NCBI RefSeq assembly: GCF_988243305.1
Contig: NZ_OZ547142.1
Direction: 5' to 3' (one strand)
Length of the DNA stretch: 1,549 bases
Origin: a plasmid
Part shown: piece by piece, positions 1 through 1,549 of the stretch
Layout: every line of letters starts with the position of its first letter
Position numbering within the stretch: position 1 is the stretch's first letter
Translations under genes and position numbers: made by a program
The notes under the pieces: model-generated
Database searches by the model: none
The model's input: the letters and a program-made list of their open reading frames with translations, nothing else
Told to the model about the DNA's origin: nothing

Positions 1-196
1 CACTGGTCAACAAAGACGGTGATATTCAGCGCCGAATCATGGCCATGTTTTCAAATTGAGCTAGCGGCAGGCGGACAATCAGGGGCTACGTGTTAACGTT
101 CTGACCATGATTGTCTATCCTGCATTGCTCTTTTGCCGCCTCAAAATCCTTTGCGTGTTTTTGCTCCCCGTTCTCCAGAAAAAACCGAGCCGCCAC

Positions 197-250
197 GGTT
201 CCGGCAGCGCCTTGAGCGCTACCGGAAACCGTCTGGGGAGAACCCCAGAC
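197..250 (+). other. Two adjacent GC-rich hairpins in the non-coding region
   Basis: Hairpin A: TTCCGGCAGCGC (199-210) pairs with GCGCTACCGGAA (216-227), 11/12 with a C205/A221 mismatch, loop 211-215. Hairpin B: GTCTGGGG (231-238) pairs perfectly with CCCCAGAC (243-250), loop AGAA. Confidence 0.5.
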
Positions 251-326
251 CCCCATCGCTGCAACACCGACGGTCTACGACCACCTACCAACCGCATGGC
301 TGCCTGTTCCGTGCAAATGGGCTTTG

Positions 327-350
327 CAGGGGGCTGGCGCGGTTCCTGGC
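327..350 (+). other. Candidate ColE1-type origin motif (G-run plus GGTTCCTGGC), i.e. possible RNA primer to DNA transition region
   Basis: CAGGGGGCTGGCGCGGTTCCTGGC shares CAGGGGG and the 10-mer GGTTCCTGGC with the pMB1 ori region (...GTCAGGGGGGCGGAGCC...ACGGTTCCTGGCC...) in the same orientation as the two stronger matches downstream. Spacing differs from pBR322, so this is tentative. Confidence 0.25.
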
Positions 351-524
351 GACCTGAAAGCCCCTGGTTAGGGGTATCGGCGCGCTTGACCTCCTGAGAG
401 CCTCTGTAAGCGTTTTTCGCGCCTTCCATGCCCTGGCGGGCATCTAAAACCCGTTTCGTGCGTCTGAGAGCTTTTGAGCGCGTTTGAGGGGCTATCTGGC
501 GACTCATCCCCAAAAGAACAACAC

Positions 525-558
525 CGGGATCACAGACAACATGCGAGAGGTGATCCCG
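525..558. other. Hairpin (9-bp stem, 16-nt loop) abutting the conserved backbone segment
   Basis: CGGGATCAC (525-533) pairs perfectly with GTGATCCCG (550-558). Confidence 0.5.
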
Positions 559-626
559 CTCGCCGCAAGTCGATGACCGAGCGTAGCGAGCGAATCGACG
601 AGGAAGCGGAAGAGAACCGGAAGCCA
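551..626 (+). other. Conserved ColE1-family origin-distal backbone segment (region where pMB1-type plasmids carry primosome assembly sites)
   Basis: TGATCCCGCTCGCCGCAAGTCGATGACCGAGCGTAGCGAGCGAATCGACGAGGAAGCGGAAGAGAACC aligns by eye at about 75% identity to the reverse complement of the pUC/pBR322 stretch ...CTTCCGCTTCCTCGCTCACTGACTCGCTGCGCTCGGTCGTTCGGCTGCGGCGAGCGGTATCAG... That orientation is RNAII-sense. Confidence 0.55.
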
Positions 627-680
627 CATTGAGCACTTACGCACTGATGCGGGGTGTCGGGGTGAAGCCCTGACCAAGTG

Positions 681-727
681 GTAATCGTATCGGCGTGCAT
701 GCGCGGTTATACGATTACACATCCTGT
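681..727 (+). other. Perfect 10-bp inverted repeat followed by a CATCCTG|T motif (IncP/MOBP-type nic consensus YATCCTG|Y); candidate relaxase recognition site
   Basis: GTAATCGTAT (681-690) and ATACGATTAC (709-718) are perfectly complementary, with an 18-nt spacer containing GCATGC. CATCCTGT at 720-727 begins 2 nt after the proximal arm, putting the putative nick (726/727) 8 nt from the repeat. An 8-mer of this kind can occur by chance. Confidence 0.3.
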
Positions 728-839
728 CCCGATTTCTGAGGCGTTTTAACGGTGAACGGACGGCAAAAACACGATGGAGCTGTTGAACGTGAAAACCACG
801 AAATCTGGCAAAAATCACGGCTGGCGAGGCTTGCATAGG

Positions 840-902
840 TGTAAGCCAGTATACACTCCGCTATCGCTACGTGACTGGGTCAGGGCTTCGCCCCGACACC
901 CC
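840..902 (-). other. ColE1/pMB1-type bom (oriT) nic region homolog; predicted nick on the minus strand
   Basis: The + strand GCCAGTATACACTCCGCTATCGCTACGTGACTGGGTCAGGGCTTCGCCCCGACACCCC (845-902) is near-identical to the pBR322 bom segment as I remember it (GCCAGTATACACTCCGCTATCGCTACGTGACTGGGTCATGGCTGCGCCCCGACACCC). The complementary strand carries ACTGG|CTTA, which I recall as the ColE1 nic sequence; this places the nick between the complements of 846 and 845. Confidence 0.6.
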
Positions 903-904
903 CA

Positions 905-933
905 AAGGGCGTTGCGTGCAACGCAACGCCCTT
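905..933. other. Perfect hairpin / 29-bp near-palindrome (13-bp stem, 3-nt loop) at the module junction
   Basis: AAGGGCGTTGCGT (905-917) pairs base-for-base with ACGCAACGCCCTT (921-933), loop GCA 918-920. No U-tract follows on either strand (GCCTAGAATAG on +; TGGGGGTG on -), so it is not a canonical intrinsic terminator. Confidence 0.6.
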
Positions 934-935
934 GC

Positions 936-997
936 CTAGAATAGATCTTTTACGCCGATTTGTAAGTGGTTGTTTTTTTAGTGTGTTTTTTATTTAC
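936..997. other. AT-rich tract with T-runs between the GC-rich backbone and the operator sites
   Basis: Sequence GATCTTTTACGCCGATTTGTAAGTGGTTGTTTTTTTAGTGTGTTTTTTATTTACC has T7 and T6 runs. Composition changes abruptly here relative to upstream. Confidence 0.5.
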
Positions 998-998
998 C

Positions 999-1046
999 TG
1001 TCGCATCCTGGATGACACAACGTTGTCGCATCCAGGATGCGACAAC
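999..1046. promoter_or_regulatory. Two tandem palindromic operator-like sites (25-bp period) immediately upstream of the -35 region
   Basis: Copy 1 (999-1021, TGTCGCATCCTGGATGACACAAC) and copy 2 (1024-1046, TGTCGCATCCAGGATGCGACAAC) match at 20/23 positions. Copy 2 lies in a perfect 25-bp palindrome (1022-1046, 12+1+12, centre A1034). Copy 1 is an imperfect palindrome around T1009. Core of each is CATCC-N-GGATG. Confidence 0.55.
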
Positions 1047-1048
1047 AC

Positions 1049-1063
1049 GCAACAAGGTGTTGC
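1049..1063. other. Short hairpin (6-bp stem, 3-nt loop) overlapping the putative -35 hexamer
   Basis: GCAACA (1049-1054) / AGG loop / TGTTGC (1058-1063), perfectly complementary arms. Confidence 0.4.
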
Positions 1064-1089
1064 ACAGATGTGTCATGATGGCTTAGATT
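1060..1089 (+). promoter_or_regulatory. Putative sigma70-type promoter for the rep-like ORF
   Basis: TTGCAC at 1060-1065 (5/6 to TTGACA), 18-bp spacer, TAGATT at 1084-1089 (4/6 to TATAAT). Position is appropriate, about 45 bp upstream of the ATG. Hexamer assignment is by eye only. Confidence 0.3.
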
Positions 1090-1117
1090 TGAACCAACGT
1101 TAGTGCATGGGATTTTC

Positions 1118-1124
1118 AGAGGGA
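1118..1124 (+). promoter_or_regulatory. Shine-Dalgarno sequence for the 1132 ORF
   Basis: AGAGGGA contains GAGG at 1119-1122, 9 nt upstream of the ATG at 1132. Confidence 0.6.
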
Positions 1125-1131
1125 AAAAATC

Positions 1132-1549
1132 ATGTTTATTGATTCAGAAAAACGACTGAAACAACTTTCAGATGAGGCAAAGAAAAACACCGAGGATCTC
1201 GAAGAAGCAAAGAAAAATTCAAGGTTTACACAGGTATCCCCAAAAGGTTGGGAACGTGTTCGAGAGCTGCTGAAGGATAGCCAAGGCATATCAGCACTGA
1301 AGCTGTACTCATTTTTAGCGGAGCATATCGATCCTACGTGTGGCGCTGTCGTTGCGGATCAGCAATTCCTAGCTGAAAAACTTGGAGTTAGCAGAAGCAC
1401 AATTATTCGGTGGCTCAATTACTTAGAATCAAAAAATGCATTAGTTAGAATCCCCGTTGCTGGTAAGGTTTGTGCGTATGCCCTCGATCCACATGAAGTC
1501 TGGAAGGGATACAACACTACGAAAAACCATGCAGCGTTTGTCACTAAAA
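1132..1549 (+). CDS. Partial ORF (3' end beyond window) encoding a winged-helix DNA-binding protein with RepL-like replication-initiator architecture
   Basis: ATG at 1132 is the first start after an in-frame TGA at 1090-1092 and is preceded by AGAGGGA at 1118-1124. 139 codons read without a stop to the window end, which is presumably why it is absent from the ORF track. Translation begins MFIDSEKRLKQLSDEAKKNTEDLEEAKKNSRFTQ (charged, K/E-rich) and continues ...ISALKLYSFLAEHIDPTCGAVVADQQFLAEKLGVSRSTIIRWLNYLESKNALVRIPVAGKVCAYALDPHEVWKGY. The helix-turn-helix followed by G-x-hydrophobic-x-A-L-(N/D)-P-x-E pattern matches my recollection of staphylococcal pSN2-type RepL (Pfam RepL family). Family assignment is from memory, not a search. 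Confidence 0.6.
   Translation, partial: MFIDSEKRLKQLSDEAKKNTEDLEEAKKNSRFTQVSPKGWERVRELLKDSQGISALKLYSFLAEHIDPTCGAVVADQQFLAEKLGVSRSTIIRWLNYLESKNALVRIPVAGKVCAYALDPHEVWKGYNTTKNHAAFVTK

Larger units (their letters stand above)
651..902. repeat. 25-bp inverted repeats (651-675 and 878-902) bounding a 252-bp segment that contains the bom-like nic region
   Basis: GGGGTGTCGGGGTGAAGCCCTGACC (651-675) is the reverse complement of GGTCAGGGCTTCGCCCCGACACCCC (878-902) at 24/25 positions; the one exception is T663 opposite G890. Weaker complementarity extends 3-4 bp inward. Flanking pentamers differ (GATGC vs CAAAG), so there is no target-site duplication. Confidence 0.85.

Noticed and set aside
3-59. Possible C-terminal tail of an upstream gene (frame 3, ...LVNKDGDIQRRIMAMFSN*)
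   Set aside because: Only 18 codons visible and the region is more plausibly part of an RNA primer/origin region; cannot be supported from this window.
133-357. Track ORF 133..357 (+), 74 aa
   Set aside because: Overlaps 107..397 in another frame; Pro/Arg-rich; no RBS; same reasoning.
107-397. Track ORF 107..397 (+), 96 aa
   Set aside because: Arg/Pro/Gly-rich low-complexity translation typical of spurious frames in GC-rich DNA, no Shine-Dalgarno before the ATG, overlaps other track ORFs on both strands, and lies in a region resembling non-coding ColE1-type origin backbone.
408-445. Resemblance of GCGTTTTTC...CCCTGGCGGGCATC to the pMB1 ori core in the opposite orientation
   Set aside because: Short, gapped match whose orientation conflicts with the two longer and stronger matches at 551-626 and 845-902. 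Treated as probably coincidental pending real alignment.
115-636. Track ORF 115..636 (-), 173 aa
   Set aside because: Highly Arg-rich junk-like translation with no recognisable domain pattern. It spans the conserved non-coding origin-distal segment and several hairpins. Most likely a chance open frame.
504-836. Track ORF 504..836 (-), 110 aa
   Set aside because: Crosses the 25-bp inverted repeat and the conserved backbone block; Arg-rich translation; no RBS.
651-902. MITE or Tn3-family-derived miniature element (inverted repeats begin GGGG)
   Set aside because: The right arm is part of the conserved pMB1 bom sequence rather than a transposon end, there is no flanking target-site duplication, and the arms lack the internal TAAG typical of Tn3-family repeats. 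An inverted duplication within oriT is the better explanation.
651-902. Retron msr/msd-like ncRNA (flanking a1/a2-style inverted repeats, internal hairpins)
   Set aside because: No reverse transcriptase gene follows; the downstream ORF is a wHTH protein and the segment matches ColE1 bom.
905-933. Rho-independent terminator
   Set aside because: Strong stem but no U-tract within a few nt on either strand.
1-935. Laboratory cloning-vector backbone (pBR322/pUC-derived)
   Set aside because: Similarity to pBR322 is clearly partial (about 75% in one block, with large indels), not the near-identity expected of a vector.
774-944. Unlisted 57-codon ORF on + strand (MELLNVKTTKSGKNHGWRGLHRC...)
   Set aside because: No Shine-Dalgarno, runs straight through the bom-like nic region and the 13-bp hairpin, and the translation looks random.
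936-1131. DnaA boxes, classic asymmetric iterons, or a CRISPR array in the AT-rich region
   Set aside because: No TTATCCACA-like 9-mers found by eye, and the only repeats are the two palindromic sites, which are too few and too symmetric for iterons or CRISPR.

Overview
No tools were run; all homology statements below are recollection of well-known sequences and need confirmation by search. The window reads as a junction between two modules of a plasmid (or phage-plasmid). Positions ~1-935 are GC-rich (e.g. 181-240 is 40/60 G+C), contain no credible protein-coding ORF, and include two stretches I recognise as ColE1/pMB1-type replicon backbone in RNAII-sense (+) orientation: an origin-distal conserved segment (551-626) and a bom/oriT nic region (840-902). 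The bom-proximal 25-mer is duplicated in inverted orientation (651-675 vs 878-902, 24/25 complementary), enclosing a 252-bp segment that also holds a perfect 10-bp inverted repeat followed by a CATCCTG|T motif resembling the IncP-type nic consensus. A perfect 13-bp-stem hairpin (905-933) sits exactly where the GC-rich backbone ends. The AT-richer module beyond it (1141-1200 is 24/60 G+C) carries two tandem near-identical palindromic operator-like sites, a sigma70-like promoter and a strong RBS, then an open-ended ORF (1132-1549, +) whose product has the layout of RepL-type winged-helix replication initiators. All four ORFs in the supplied track lie in the GC-rich non-coding region and look spurious. 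I see no complete novel multi-gene system in this window; the most unusual content is the rearranged oriT/bom region and the operator architecture upstream of the rep-like gene.
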